Positions 48,456-63,146 of a stretch of DNA of 64,000 nt are shown here, in pieces. Position numbers and translations under genes: made by a program. Position 1 is the stretch's first letter. Each line of letters opens with the position of its first letter. The notes under the pieces are model-generated. The model did no database searches. It was not told the DNA's origin and saw only the letters and a program-made list of their open reading frames with translations. The DNA comes from Octopus sinensis (lineage: Eukaryota), in the NCBI RefSeq assembly GCF_006345805.1, contig NC_043001.1, positions 91,822,001 through 91,886,000 of the forward strand, in the 5' to 3' direction.

Positions 48456-48974
48456 TACGTCTATCTAGCATCATGGACATACGCAGGGACAGACAGATAG
48501 ACAGTCAGACACATTTTAAGAAAGAAATATGATTTGGGGAACAGAGCGAGAGAAAAAAAAAGGCAGAAGAAAGAGAGAAATTGAAGTGTTAGAAAGAAAC
48601 GAATAGAGAAAAAAATTGGGTAGAAACAAACAACATTGAAATAAAATAATAAAAATACAAGCGTCAGTGGAAAGTTCACGCTAACAATACTTTAAGTAGA
48701 GAAAGAGGGAATATACAGACACATGTTGCAGGGAAGTGTAAAGATGTATATAGAGAGAGAGAGATGATTGTATGCGTGTGTGTTAGAAAGAGAAATAGTA
48801 GGGAGAGAAAAAGAGTGGGAGAAGGGGGCAAGACAGATAAAGAAAGAGAAGAAAAGAGAGAGGGTGTGTGTGTAAGAGAGAGAGAGAGAGAGGAAAGCGG
48901 GCTGAGTTTGAGAGTCCGAAATATTTGACACGGCATAGGAAAAGGGAGGTAAGAGAAAGAAAAATAAATAAAGG

Positions 48975-48990
48975 ATAGATAGATAGATAG

Positions 48991-49051
<61 letters not shown>

Positions 49052-49334
49052 GGACACAAGGATAAATAAATACATAGATAGATGGATAGATAGATGAATA
49101 GATAGAGAAATATTCAGATACATGGATAACTTGATGGAGAGCTATATAGATAGGCACAAAGATGAATAAATACATGGATGGATGGATGGATGGATGGATA
49201 GATAGATAGATAGATACATGGATAACTTGATGGAGAGCTATATCGATAGATAGGCACAAAGATAGATATATGAATAAATAACTAGATGGAGAGAGACGAA
49301 TGAATAGATGGATACACAGGCGGACAGCTGAATG

Positions 49335-49393
<59 letters not shown>

Positions 49394-49395
49394 GG
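48975..49395. repeat. (GATA)n/(GATG)n array with a duplicated ~48-bp unique unit
   Basis: GATACATGGATAACTTGATGGAGAGCTATAT..AGATAGGCACAAAGAT occurs at about 49117 and 49213. Confidence 0.85.
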
Positions 49396-49600
49396 GGGAA
49401 ATAGAGCGGTTATGGATATGGCGTGAAAAGCGGAGAAAGGAAGGGGTTAGTTTTGGAAAGTTTAAAACATTTTGAAGTTATGGAGAAAAGAAAATGCAAT
49501 TGAGAGAGAGAGAGAGGGAGACCAGAAGAGAATGAATAACCAGACCCCTATTTAGATAGATACAGAATAAATGAGTGGGTAATTATAGAAAAACTATACG

Positions 49601-49645
<45 letters not shown>

Positions 49646-50624
49646 GGCAAAAAGTGACGGGGGAAAATAAGAGAGAATGAGAGAAAAAGCGGAAACGCAA
49701 ATGCAGAGGGAAAAACTACTTTTTCAAATGCGAGGACGGATAGACAGAAGATTAAAATGACGAGAGAATGAATTGATTACAGCTATTTAAGAAAAGAGAG
49801 AGAGAAAGAAGGGGAGAGAGTGTGTGTGTATGTGTGTGTGTGCGTATGTGATGAACTATTTAAAAGAAAGACGGAGTAATACGTAAAGAGAAATGAGGGA
49901 GAGTAAAAGGGGAATAATTAATAAAAGAAGAAAGTTTTAGACCGAGGGAGCGGGAGAGAAATAAAGAAACAGACAGAGAGTGAACAAGGGAGAGTGGGAA
50001 GAGTGGGTGAATAAGTAAAGAGTGAGAGAGAGAGAGGTAAAAGAAACATGAGTAGCGTGAGGGTGTAATTACCATAACATATGATATAATTCACTCCACC
50101 TTCAGATGACGTCTCGTCAAGCGATTGGTCGGCCTACGCAAACATTTCCAAATAAGGCTTGAATTACTGAATGGGCTTCGAGAAAATAACTATGTGCAAC
50201 GCTACGAGGTTTTCATCAAAAAGTGTTGTGTAGTCGTTCGTTTATACAACGAAGCTGGAAACACCTTATCCGTCAAGAGTCCTCTCGCGTTCTATGTTTT
50301 TCTTTCATTGCCATTCTTGGTCTACCTTATAGAGAATTTATCAAACTGAAACCCTGTCCAAATGACTCTTGACTATCACATAAGCGATTTTAGAACTGAT
50401 GTGGATAAAAGCATCTACGATCAAACACGAGAAGGTAAGTTGAGTTACTTTTTTTTTTTCTAAGCCATTCAGTTTTTTAGGCCCGAGACGCAACTTAACG
50501 AATGTTATCGTTCATCTCACTGTGTATATATATTTTCGATGACCAATTATATACACATTTTACGCGCGTACAATATATTTACATTAACTTTTTTAGACAA
50601 ACACAAAATTATCTGCGCGCGCGT

Positions 50625-50648
50625 GTGTATATATATATATACATATAC

Positions 50649-50730
<82 letters not shown>

Positions 50731-50742
50731 TATACAAATGTA

Positions 50743-50811
<69 letters not shown>

Positions 50812-50827
50812 CATATATAAATATGTG

Positions 50828-50858
<31 letters not shown>

Positions 50859-50975
50859 GTATGTATATTTATACATATATAAATATGTATATATATGTAT
50901 GTATATTTATACATATATAAATATGTATATATATGTATATATATATTTATACATATATAAATATGTATGTATATT
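50625..50975. repeat. (TA)n tract grading into a ~40-bp AT minisatellite
   Basis: ATATATAAATATGTATATATATGTAT..ATATTTATAC repeated 3-4 times. Confidence 0.85.
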
Positions 50976-51088
50976 AAACTTTTAATACTTTGATATATAT
51001 TTAAAATAATATAACTTAAATTAATTTTATGTATTGGCTTATGTTTTTCATTGTTTGATTTGCCTAATAGTGGTTTTATCTCTAATTT

Positions 51089-51178
<90 letters not shown>

Positions 51179-51293
51179 TATGTATTCTCACTATATATAG
51201 TAAGTGTATGTATTATAGTGTATAAGCATAAAATGTATGTATATGTATAGCAACACACACATCTGTGTGTGTGTACATATAGATATATAAATA

Positions 51294-51333
<40 letters not shown>

Positions 51334-53251
51334 GTATGTATGTATGTATATGTGTGCGTGCATGTAGATTTCTCTATGTGTGTGTTTACGCACGTTCGCG
51401 CATTATTTACTTACGTGTAAATGCCGATATATTTCCTTCCTCCATCGTTCCTTTTCCTGTTTCGCATTTTGATATACGTTTGATAAACAATATTACATTT
51501 TGTAAAACACATAATCGCACTGTATAAACATATATTCCTATACTCGCTTTTTACGTGCACACAAACACACACATACTACCTGAACTGTATGTATATATTG
51601 TGTTTGTTTTGGAAACAATCTACTGTACATTGTACGTGATTTTTATATCACATACGTAGGACAAGAGTATGAATGTGGGGAGTGGAATGTTTCTAACGAA
51701 AGGTCATTGAGTACTGTCCTTCCTGGTTCTCCTATAATTAATTAATAAGTTAATTTCCAGTCTTAAAACTTCGTTCCTCTTTTCTCTTTGTTGATAACTC
51801 ACCAGGTGTCTGTCTATAAAATAATTGGAGAAGTTTTCGGATCAGGACGCCCACATGGGACGTTTTTCTCTCTTTTGACAGCGACTTATCCCCTTTTATT
51901 TTTATAATTTGTAATTTTCACCTCGGCCTTCGAAATGATTAGAGAAAGCTTTTCATGAAAAGGAAAAATGTTGGAAAAATAAATGATTTTTTTTTCACCT
52001 CCGGACTGATTTTGGCCAATTATTTTTGCACTACGCTCAGGAAGACCATGGAAGAAACCATTTCGGTAAAAAATAAATAAACGAATATTTTTGAAAATAT
52101 TTTCAGACGTAAAGGTGTGTAATTTAAGAGAGATTTAACTGCTGTCTCTAGCACATCTCACGATCACGTTCCTCGTGTCTTTGTCACTCTGACATAATTT
52201 GATGTTTTTCAATATTTTTCTCCTACAAAACACATTTTATGATATGGTAGGGAAGTAATATATGGGCGGTCCCTGGTTGGGATTTTAACAACCATAAAAC
52301 GAAAAAGATATTTTGAGAAAATCCAACATATGTGAGCGCCCTGATTCGAAATTCCGCCAAAATATCAGCAGTTGTCATAAACTGCGTTGTTTATGTAGAC
52401 GACCGGTCAACTGATCGGACAAGGACGAGTGTATTTAGGATTAGATTGGGATTTATCTACCTCTTCTTCCACTCCACATTTTTTTTGTTTTATCTGTTTA
52501 TCGCTGTTCACGACAGTGGGGTGTCTGTGCGTCGTTTTGATCTTGGGGCGACTCCCATCAAAGTAAAAGTGCATTTTGCAGTGTTATTTAATGGTCGTTG
52601 TATTTGCGAATCATCGAGTTCCAACTCACTGTCTGGCCTCTTGACCAAATGCCATCTACCCGTAACTTCTGGTCGACCGAAGCCTTGGAAATGAAACTGT
52701 GCGGAAGACCGTTGCATGGCCTTTAACCGACTATAGTTCAATGATCCCGACTTGTTATATACACACAAACACATAAACAATGTGTTATACTGATGGATAC
52801 ACGTGTCTGTGGAATACTCGGCCACATAACACGTTTAGACGAAAGGATACCTCAGATGGTCAGAGCATAAATTTAAACTACTCATCTACGAAGCCGATGA
52901 AGATCTATTCATTCAGAAATGACAAACGGATTCTTAAATATCTTTAAATAATTGTTTAAACCCTGCGCATCAACAAGTCCTTCGGGTAGTTTCATATCCT
53001 TAATACACATCATTGATAAAATCGAAATGCGATGAAGAAAAACCAACATTTATTTTTTTTTTTTTTTTTACCCGAAAAGAAAATTGTTACATATATATAT
53101 GTTTCGCTTTCTTTTTAACCTAGGAAAAAAGAAAACATTCACTTTTACTTTCAGGAAGAAAAACCGAGTCTGATTGGAAGATTTATTTATTGATCGAAAG
53201 GTGACGTCGACCTCGAAGGAATTGGAACTCATTAATAAAATAATAATAATA

Positions 53252-53289
<38 letters not shown>

Positions 53290-54183
53290 TAATAAGTGTA
53301 TATAGGTCCCAATATGACAGAGTTGGGACCTACATATACTTATTATTATCCTTATTATCACTGAGTTCCAATTCCATTGAGGTTAACGTCACCTTTCATG
53401 CTTTCGAAGCTGATGAATTAAGGACAAGTTGAGTACTGGGATCGATGTACTCGACTTGGATCTCGACTTACTCCAAAATTTCAAGCTCTGTACCAATAGT
53501 AGAAAGGATTATTATATTAAGGTGGCGAGCCTTAATTGTTGTTACTGCGCCGAACAAAATGCTTGTAATCGACTTAACCCTCCCAACACCCACCCCAAAT
53601 TCAATTGTTATTTGCAAAATCGTAATCTCAAGTTTTGGAAATAGAAATCCAAAAATTTGTGCTCCTTTAAAAAAAAGCAGCTTGACTCTATTCGACACAG
53701 CCTTTTCGATATTGCAGAACACAAGTGTCAATATTTCCAGAAACCGAAAGAATGCCCTCAAATGCTCCGACGATGGTTGGACACACACACTGGAGTAAAT
53801 TCAACAGATTGAATTCTCCGTTAAAAAACCGTCAACATGTATCGCTGAAAGCTCTTGTTTAGCTCTTAAAATCAGCCCTGTTGAAACAGACAAATGTTGC
53901 TTTTTCTAGCTGGTCGAATGACTGACTAAGTAAGGATTTCCTCGATGAGACACATGTGATAGAGAGAGACACGTAAAAGTATTATTTTACGGTCATAACA
54001 TTTGCGTGTGTGGCTATTTACTGGGAAAAAATGTTTAAGATTATCAGTTGTTACGACTTTTACGCTTGAAATCTTTTTGGAGGGAGTTACGATTTCTTTA
54101 ATTCTGATTGCTCCTGTTTTATACACACATACAAACACACACAAACACCCACATAGATATGCATGTACGTTTCTTTCTATCTG

Positions 54184-54260
<77 letters not shown>

Positions 54261-54584
54261 ATATCTACCTGTCTATATGCGTGTGTGTAATCAAATCAAC
54301 CTGTAGCTAAGCGTTCGTTTTTCTAATTCTAAAACTGAATTTTTATTCTCATTTTCCATACACACACAGACACTTACACACACACAATTTCTACAACAAT
54401 AGTATTAACCATGTGTGTTTATTGTGAGGTACAGCTTGTCTACGTGTTCTGGTATGCGTGACTGATGTCGTCACAGCCCGTGACAGTATTATTACTCCCT
54501 ACAACCTCTTACTCTTCCCCTTGTTTATACAATATATAGTATTTATTTATAACCAAACTAAACGTCGTGTGTGTGTGACACGAC

Positions 54585-54645
<61 letters not shown>

Positions 54646-54649
54646 ATGC

Positions 54650-55030
54650 GGGTGAGGACACGGAACCATCGCTGAATTTAATTTGATAGAAAGAATTCAT
54701 AAACAAGGGCGTTAGCTGAATGGAACGATCTCGTCAAAGACACGGTTTCGATCGCTTTTGGGATAAATTTCATTTCACTTTCAGAGAAATCACAAACTTC
54801 ACAATTTTGCCCAACCCCACCCGCACCCCCACCCGCGCCCGCTCACTCTAGAGATCAGATCCCTTACACACTAGTAAAAGCTCGTCTCCCTGTTTCTGGT
54901 CGGTCCCCTTTATAGGTGGATACGTTTGAAACTCTCTGCTGGGGTTAGTTAGGGTTATATAAAAGTATTTTATACCGTAAAACTCCCGTTACGGTTCCCC
55001 CTCCCCCCACATCGCCGCCTGCTCAATTAC
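54650..55030. promoter_or_regulatory. Candidate core-promoter/regulatory block
   Basis: Unique, CpG-containing sequence with C-rich boxes at 54816-54841, minus-strand TATAAAG at 54908-54914 and plus-strand TATATAAAA at 54956-54964. Confidence 0.3.
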
Positions 55031-55055
55031 AACAACAATAACTACAACAACAATA

Positions 55056-55087
<32 letters not shown>

Positions 55088-55353
55088 CTTCGCCACCTCC
55101 GCTTTTGCTTTCATGAGTCACTGTTCAATGTATATATATAGCTAGCTTGTTCTCAGCTGAAGTTTCACTTGTTTTATAAACATACCAAAATTATAAACTG
55201 TGCGCGCGCGCGCGCGCGTGTGTATGTTTGTGTGTGTAGGCACCCCACAACCTTTCACGCACTCATACTTGCCTGTTTTTGTATTTTGTTTTTTTTCTTC
55301 TTTTTTTTGTGAAATTTATTTTCTTTCATAAAGTTTATAGTTAAACGTATGTT

Positions 55354-55392
<39 letters not shown>

Positions 55393-56589
55393 ATGTACGC
55401 ATTCGCACATACATCACCGTATGTATGTGCGTATGTGTGTGTATAAAAACCTTTTGTATGTACGTGTTCTCCGAAGAATGTTCTCTTTACACGCAGGAAT
55501 GTTTGTATGTATGGGTGTGTGATTGTTGATAAATATAGCTCTTACAGTGTGTGTGTGTGTGTGTGTGTGTTATATCGAATTCAATGTCATAAGTAATTTG
55601 TCTGTCGTTGATCTTATATCCGTGTTAGGTTATTATACGAATTGCGTTGTAACTTTGGACAAGAGATATTGATTGGCCAAGCCTCTGCTCTGCGTTGGTT
55701 TAAAAACTTATGCCAACATTGTAAACATTTTCTTTTCACTCTGCTTGCACTGGTATTTTTAGACAACTTCGTCAGAAATTTTTGAATAATTAAATAAATG
55801 AAATGGGCTAAGAGATATAACTCAAATAAACTACCGGTAAGGAATTTGAATAAATATTTTCAAAGACGTGATTATATTAAAAAATAAATCAATGAAATTT
55901 ATTTCCCTTTCGACTGGAGAAAAAAAAATGAATTATATCTACTTACAGCTGTTGTTGTTTAGGCCCCATTTCAATTATAACTGGGCTGACCTATGATAAA
56001 AATTATTACAACCGTGTTCATCCTGTCTTTTCCCTATATGCAAGGAACCCAAAATTGGACAGTATTTCTTAACGAAGGATCTTCCTAATGTTTTTCCAAT
56101 CACTTGAAATGTTTTAAATTTTCATCATAAAATTATATAACTTTTAAATGCTTGTAACTTTTTCCCTTTTCGGCTGAATGACTGACTCTAAAAGTCCGGA
56201 CTAATATTTTCTCTTGGTGATTCTTCGGTATTGGTATACAGAGAATCGGTATAAGGAGACGATGTCATCACCCTGTTTTTCAGCCTAGTCGTGTGGATGA
56301 ATGACATTGTGTACCAATAACGAAGGATTGCCTTTTATTTTAAAATAAACAATACAGTTATACCATCGGTTATTCGGTACCTATTTTAATTTGGGAATAA
56401 TTATGAGAGGACACACGACACGTGCCCTTTCATATTAATATAATTGAAAACTAAGAGAGTGAAACCGACATAATAATAATGTTCTATTAAATAAAGGCGT
56501 GGTGGTACAATTTGGCGACGCAAAAAAAAAAGTAAAGTAAAAATAAATTAAAAACACGGTTGCAGTCAGGTAAAAGTAAAGTTCCTTCA

Positions 56590-56796
56590 CAAGTCATAGA
56601 CTAAGGGTGATTTCCCGGTTTCCATGGCACATATATATTCCCCACCTGGATAGGACGCCAGTCTCTCAAAGCGTAACTCATTTTTGCCAGCTGAGTAGAC
56701 TGGATCAACGTGAAATGAAGTGTTTTGCTCAAGAACATAACGCGTCGTCCGACCCAGGAATCGAAACCACAATCTTACGATCATGAGTCCAACTAG
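56590..56796 (-). mobile_element. Family-F SINE
   Basis: Colinear with 23586-23795. Confidence 0.8.
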
Positions 56797-57040
56797 TTTA
56801 CTATTATTATTACGTGGTCCGGGAGAATGGATAATCCGGTGTGTGTCTGGAACTAGAAGATGCAGAGGATATCAACTGGAAGACGGTCACGTTTTAATCA
56901 ATCTTCGTTCGATTCTATTACTTGGCTTCTGTTTATTTAAATCGGCTGTAAAACACTGACGCACGTATGAACTAAGTTCGGGGTGTCACCGAATACCTAA
57001 TAGGTACCAAGTGACATATATTGCATACTATATATATATA

Positions 57041-57096
<56 letters not shown>

Positions 57097-57262
57097 CACA
57101 AACATATATACACACACACACACACACACATATATACACACACACATATATACACACACACATATATATACATATTTTGTATATATGTGTGTATGTAGGT
57201 GTGTTTATACAAAAGAAGACATAGATAGATAAATAGATATACAGATAGATATATAGATAGAC

Positions 57263-57326
<64 letters not shown>

Positions 57327-57327
57327 T

Positions 57328-57392
<65 letters not shown>

Positions 57393-57792
57393 GCAGACAA
57401 AGTTCCGTAGTCGAAACTCTCCTGATGTTTGAATCGCATTTATAACTTTTTAGCGGAATAAACTATATACTTGTGTTTTCTTGCATATATTTCTGGAGAC
57501 AGAGAGTGAGTGAGTGACGGGGGGGGGGATCGAAAGAGAGGAGCCAAACAAACACTCACACAGAACCCATATTGTCTAACCCCTTCTCAGAAAGGATCTA
57601 TGACACAGGTCATCTCGTTGAGGTCAGTGTAATGTATGGAAACCCATTGACGAAAAGAAAACAAACTCTACAGAGTAGTGTTTCTCTTAGTTATAAAAAC
57701 CTGAACATGTTGATTCGCTTTAATGGATCCTGTGTTAGACAGTTTTCTTTGCCGTTTTACTAATGCTGCCTATCTGCCTGTCTAATCTATCC

Positions 57793-57883
<91 letters not shown>

Positions 57884-58048
57884 AATCTAAGTATCACTCG
57901 AAGAGGAAAGTGAGAGTAGAGAGGCAAGTGTTGTCTAGTGAATGTAGCAAGGATGGCACGTATGAATGACGAAGCCACCTTGACTATGATCCTATGAACC
58001 GTAAAAATTAAGACAGAGAGTTGCTTATTTGTAAAAAAATATAACATG

Positions 58049-58352
58049 TGACTTCATTGACCGAGGTTACCGTGGTCTTTTCCGTAGGCTTTTCTTTCCA
58101 CGGGTAAACCTCACCTGTCCTCCCCTTTACACTTTATATTGACATTTCTGTGATAACGATCCCTATTGATCAATTTTTTTCCTTTTCCTTTTTTTTTTTA
58201 AATTTTATCCCCCACCTTTTTTTGTCTTCTTTCTTTCCTTTTACGATCCCTTTTGATCGAAAACCAAACCCCCTTTTTTACCCCCAAAAGAAAAGCTCTA
58301 CCTTGTAATTTGTCCTGTCTGTGTGCAGCCCTGTGTGGCTAATAAAGAAACA
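58049..58352 (+). mobile_element. Retroelement 3' end (LINE 3'UTR or SINE) sharing the family-B tail
   Basis: Ends TTTGTCCTGTCTGTGTGCAGCCCTGTGTGGCTAATAAAGAAA, compared with family-B TTTGTCCCCTCTGTGTTTAGCCCCTTGTGGGTAGTAAAGAAATA. Confidence 0.6.
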
Positions 58353-58369
58353 TATCTTTCAATCAATCA

Positions 58370-58469
<100 letters not shown>

Positions 58470-58809
58470 CTTATGATCTGCATCTCTTTCTGTCCCAACA
58501 GTTTCACTCTTCCTCTCCACCTCTCATACTTCTTCGTTTTAAGACCCTTCTCGGCACAATGTATCTTTTATTCATAACAAACCCGAGCTATATCGCGCGT
58601 TTTGTAATAAAAGGTCACCATATTCAGCAATTGTGACATGATTAAACTGTAAAATAGAATGTTTAACATTACATATTTATTTACAACAACCATAATAATA
58701 AATCAGATTTATCATATTGCATCGCTATAGCCAAATGCCACGTTTATTTTCCTAACTTAACCCTTTACAATTTACTCACTATTGCCTTCAAGTCTTGGAT
58801 AATGAGAAC

Positions 58810-58990
58810 GAATCCAGGTAAAAAAAAAGTCACAGGAAAAAAGTCACTGGGGTTTTGTCCGAGGGGGTTTTGTCTGGATCCCATAAATTTATTGTGACTT
58901 TTTCCCCTGTGTCTTTATTACCGGTCACCATAAATTAATTGTGACTTGTTTCTCCTGGCCAAAACTAACTTTATTACAGGTCACCATGAG
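58810..58990. repeat. DNA-transposon-like relic with short internal direct and inverted repeats
   Basis: AAAAAAGTCAC x2, GGGGTTTTGTC x2, and tandem CATAAATT.ATTGTGACTT units. Confidence 0.5.
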
Positions 58991-59589
58991 AACAACTAAA
59001 GCAAAATAGTTCCATTCATTGAACACAGATCCAGAGAAGAGTTTGGATTACTCGCTGTGGATGTTAAATTAATAACCTAAACAAATAAAACATCGCTTGT
59101 TTCAAGTCCTATTGACTTTATACTGGCGTGAACAGTCACCTCGATTCGCGGTTCGGTTTCCTTCGTGCATTATAATCTTAACGACATATAATCTTGGCAC
59201 ACTTTCTAATTAGCGCCCTGTGTATGTGTGTGTGTGTGTAGACTAGTCGGCCCCTGTTTTAATATACTTATAAGTATTTCAGAATTGTTCATTATGCATG
59301 CTGTTATCATTGTTATGCTTGTATTAGATAATTTACGCTCTCTCTGTCCCTCTCTCTCTCTCTCTTACATACACACACACACACACACACGCACACAAAC
59401 ATATTACTTTTAATATAGGATTTAGTATTTTATCTCTCGATATTCATTTCAATTAATGACGGGTCCACCCGATTAATGTCACGACTGCTGACACCTCCTC
59501 CACCCGGAGCTATACTTATGATATCACTACCTAAAATTAATGATTCCTCGCGAACCAGGCGGTCATTTAGTGCATAAATAAACTATTGC

Positions 59590-60360
59590 TTCTAATATAT
59601 TGACATAAGGCCAGAAATTTTGAAAGGGGTGGTTCGTCGATTTTAAACGACTCCAGTACTTAAATGCTACTTTATTTTCGTCATCGACCCTAGAGGCTTA
59701 TTTTTATCATCGACCCAGAACGTTAAGGGTCTGAATAAATAATACTTCGAGGTATTTTCGTTCGATTGTAATGTATTTAGTGTAGTACGGCGCTCTACCG
59801 CTTTTGCCGTGCACACTTGTTGGTTCATATTGGTAATAATGCTCTCAACAAGGCCTGAAATGTGAAGAGGTGGGTGGCATCGACCCCTGTGCTCAACTGG
59901 TATTTTTTTTTTATCAATCCCAAAAAGATGAAAAGCAAAGTCGATCTCGATGGAATTTGAACTCAGAACGTAGAGACGGACGAAATGCCGCTCAGAATTT
60001 TTCCGGCGTGCTGAATGATTCTACCAGCTTGCTGCTTTTGGTAATGATAATAATGATTCCAACTGCAGAAATATTGGCTATAGGAAAAGGGATTGGGATA
60101 TTGACTCTGGTTGCATAGTTAGCAGTGGTGTGGTTTCAGTGTGTGCCACCGCAGCCCTTATGTTTACCATTGCTCCCTCTCTCCAGGCCCCTACAAAGAA
60201 TATAGCCCATACAGGCTACATTAGACTTTGTGCCCCTTACTTTACTGATTTGTAGATACTTTATTTTACTGACCGGGGAATGAGGGAAGGTAAATTCAAA
60301 TGTACTGGGATTTGAACTCAGAATGAGTATGGAGGTCAAGTAATACGTCCAGACAGCACC
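59590..60360 (-). mobile_element. Three degenerate family-B SINE copies
   Basis: ATCGACCC..., GAATTTGAACTCAGAA motifs near 59690, 59950 and 60310. Confidence 0.65.
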
Positions 60361-61003
60361 TTGTCCAACAATCTACCGGTTGTGTGTTACCAACCGCTTT
60401 TTTTCCCAATGGTTTGCTTTGTACATTTATGGTGACGGGAGAGGCACCAAAGGAAATTATTGTTACAAAAACGACAATTGGGTCTCCAAATCTTCCTCAT
60501 ATAATGTCAAAAACAAAAACAAACCACATAAAAAATTTAAAAAAACGAAAGGATGTGTGTTCTTGGGTCCCTTACGAAAAAAGACAAGTTCATCATGACT
60601 GGATTGCCTTTGATTATGTCTGCTCTACCAGAGCTGACCTGGGGCTAAATAACAACAACAAAATAAAGAGGGAGTCTCTGTATGGTTGTTCGTTGGACCT
60701 TTAAATCATAAGACAGTGTAGAATCTAGTCTCTTATAGATAAAAAAAAAGACGGTGACAAAACGTTTGGAGCGCAAGTCTGCTCCAGCAGGGCCTAACAA
60801 CAACTTATGTCCGGTACATCTTAAAATAGGTGAACCCACTCTGGTTGAGGGCCTATTTCCTCAATATCGGGCCCTGGCCATTGAGAACCCTTAAGACTGT
60901 CTCATCTATATCATCGTCCCATACATTTATCCCGGGACGGTGAGATAAACGGCGATGTATATACATCCGCATATATATATATATATATTATATATATATA
61001 TAT

Positions 61004-61035
<32 letters not shown>

Positions 61036-61257
61036 ATATATATTATGACGTCGGTTGTGATAGTGAATGCTGGTGATGTTAGCAGTTTGAATAATGACAT
61101 AATCGTATTTATTTGTTTATTTATATGGGGTCCTCTTGTCAAAACCTGATACAAATGAAATGACAGTAGCTTACAGAAAAAGCGGAAACGACCGACAGAA
61201 AAGATGAACAGCAACAAATTGTTAAAAGTGTGTTTTATATATCTATAGATCTACATC

Positions 61258-61311
<54 letters not shown>

Positions 61312-62061
61312 ACGTGTATCATTAATGCATACATACGCATATGTAAAGTGTAATTAAATTTAGGTTAGTCTAAAACTAATACTGTGAAAGTGGAAAACGA
61401 ATCAAAACTAACTCTTACACCAGTTTCTCTCTGTTAATTCTTCCCTTACATTTCCTTCAATCAGTCTGTCTGTCTGTATGTATGTATGTATGTATGTATG
61501 TGTTTTTAGATTTTGTTTTTGTATATTTTTTCATGCTTCTGTCTATTGGTAACATTATTTTTGTTGTTTGGAAGCTTTTATTTATTTATTTATTTATTTA
61601 TCGCTGCAACAGAATAAAACTGAAACAGCTATGAATGAAAACATAGACAGCTGGCTTATATATTATTTAACTAAATCTGACAGTGAGAAAAACAGAATAA
61701 AATGTGTGTCTATGTGCATGAATGTGACTCTATGTGTATGTGTGTCTGAGTTTGTGTGTGTGTGTGTGCATCTACTGTGTGTATGTGTATGTATTCCTCT
61801 GTACAAAAAAACATTCATGCATACGTAATATATATATATATATGTACGCATGTCTGTGTATGATGTTTATGTATGTAGGTATGTATGTGAAAGGGAGTTC
61901 CATAATTAGATTGAGAAGAGAGAGAGAGAGAGAGAGAGAGAATGGGAGAGAGAGAGAGAGAGAGATAAAGCCAGTTATATTAAATATAAGTGGGTTAATA
62001 AGTTCATAAACTAGCTAAACAACCAAAATTATAGATACATACGTACATAGTCTGTGTGTAC

Positions 62062-62106
<45 letters not shown>

Positions 62107-62120
62107 TACATATATATATA

Positions 62121-62176
<56 letters not shown>

Positions 62177-62834
62177 TATATATATATACATGTGTGTGTG
62201 TGTATAAACAATAAATGCACAGTAAAACACGCATGCAACAAGTTAAATGTTATTTCCTTTCAAGTTGTCATTTAAGAGGAAAAAAAAGAAATTAATGAAT
62301 AATTTTTTTAATTTTTCATTTTAAATTTGTCTCTTCAAATTTTAATTGTTGCAAAAAGAAGTTCGTTACAACTTTTTTCATTTGTTTTTGTTTTTGTTTT
62401 TGTTGCATTCATGTAAGTTTGTTTTTGAGAATAATTTTTTTTTCTCTCTTTTTTTTGTATTCTTTTTTTTTTAAATTTAAAAAAAAAAAAAAACCGTTTT
62501 ATTGTATGACTTGGAATGAAGACGAAATATAGGGTCTGAAAGTGTGTGAAGGTCACCCGTATGAATGGAATGGAAGTGGGCTCTCAGAGCTTAACCGTGC
62601 ATTACAGATACAGAGACATAGGGTGGTGTATGTGTATGTGTGTGTGGTGTGGGGGGGGGTCTAGGTTTCTTCATGACATACAGGAGGAGGGAATATGTTG
62701 TCTGCGGCAGCAGAGACGGTGGTAATAGTGTGGGGGAGGGGAACCGGTGGTTGCAAGGCTGGTAGTTTATACACATTAACAAGTTTGTTATAAGGTTAGA
62801 AATGAAATGGTGTGTAATGTTATATATATATATG

Positions 62835-62922
<88 letters not shown>

Positions 62923-63104
62923 ATATATATAAGTAGTGGTTGAAAAATGACAGCGCTGATTGAGGGAGAAGGGAGAGAAAGTGAGAACGATAATTATGTT
63001 AGAGGGAGGTTAGTTGAACGAGAGCGAATGAGTAATGTATAAAGGTGGCTTGGAGAGAGAAGTAAAGGGTAGAAAATATACACATTGACTAAAAGAAGCA
63101 ACTG

Positions 63105-63146
<42 letters not shown>

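Noticed and set aside
52357-52380. miR-1992-like sequence (TCAGCAGTTGT)
   Set aside because: Only 11 nt match the remembered mature sequence, and the hairpin geometry is not Drosha/Dicer-like.
60380-60704. Overlapping 72-106 aa ORFs
   Set aside because: No domain, no convincing splice signals, and includes A-rich low-complexity runs.
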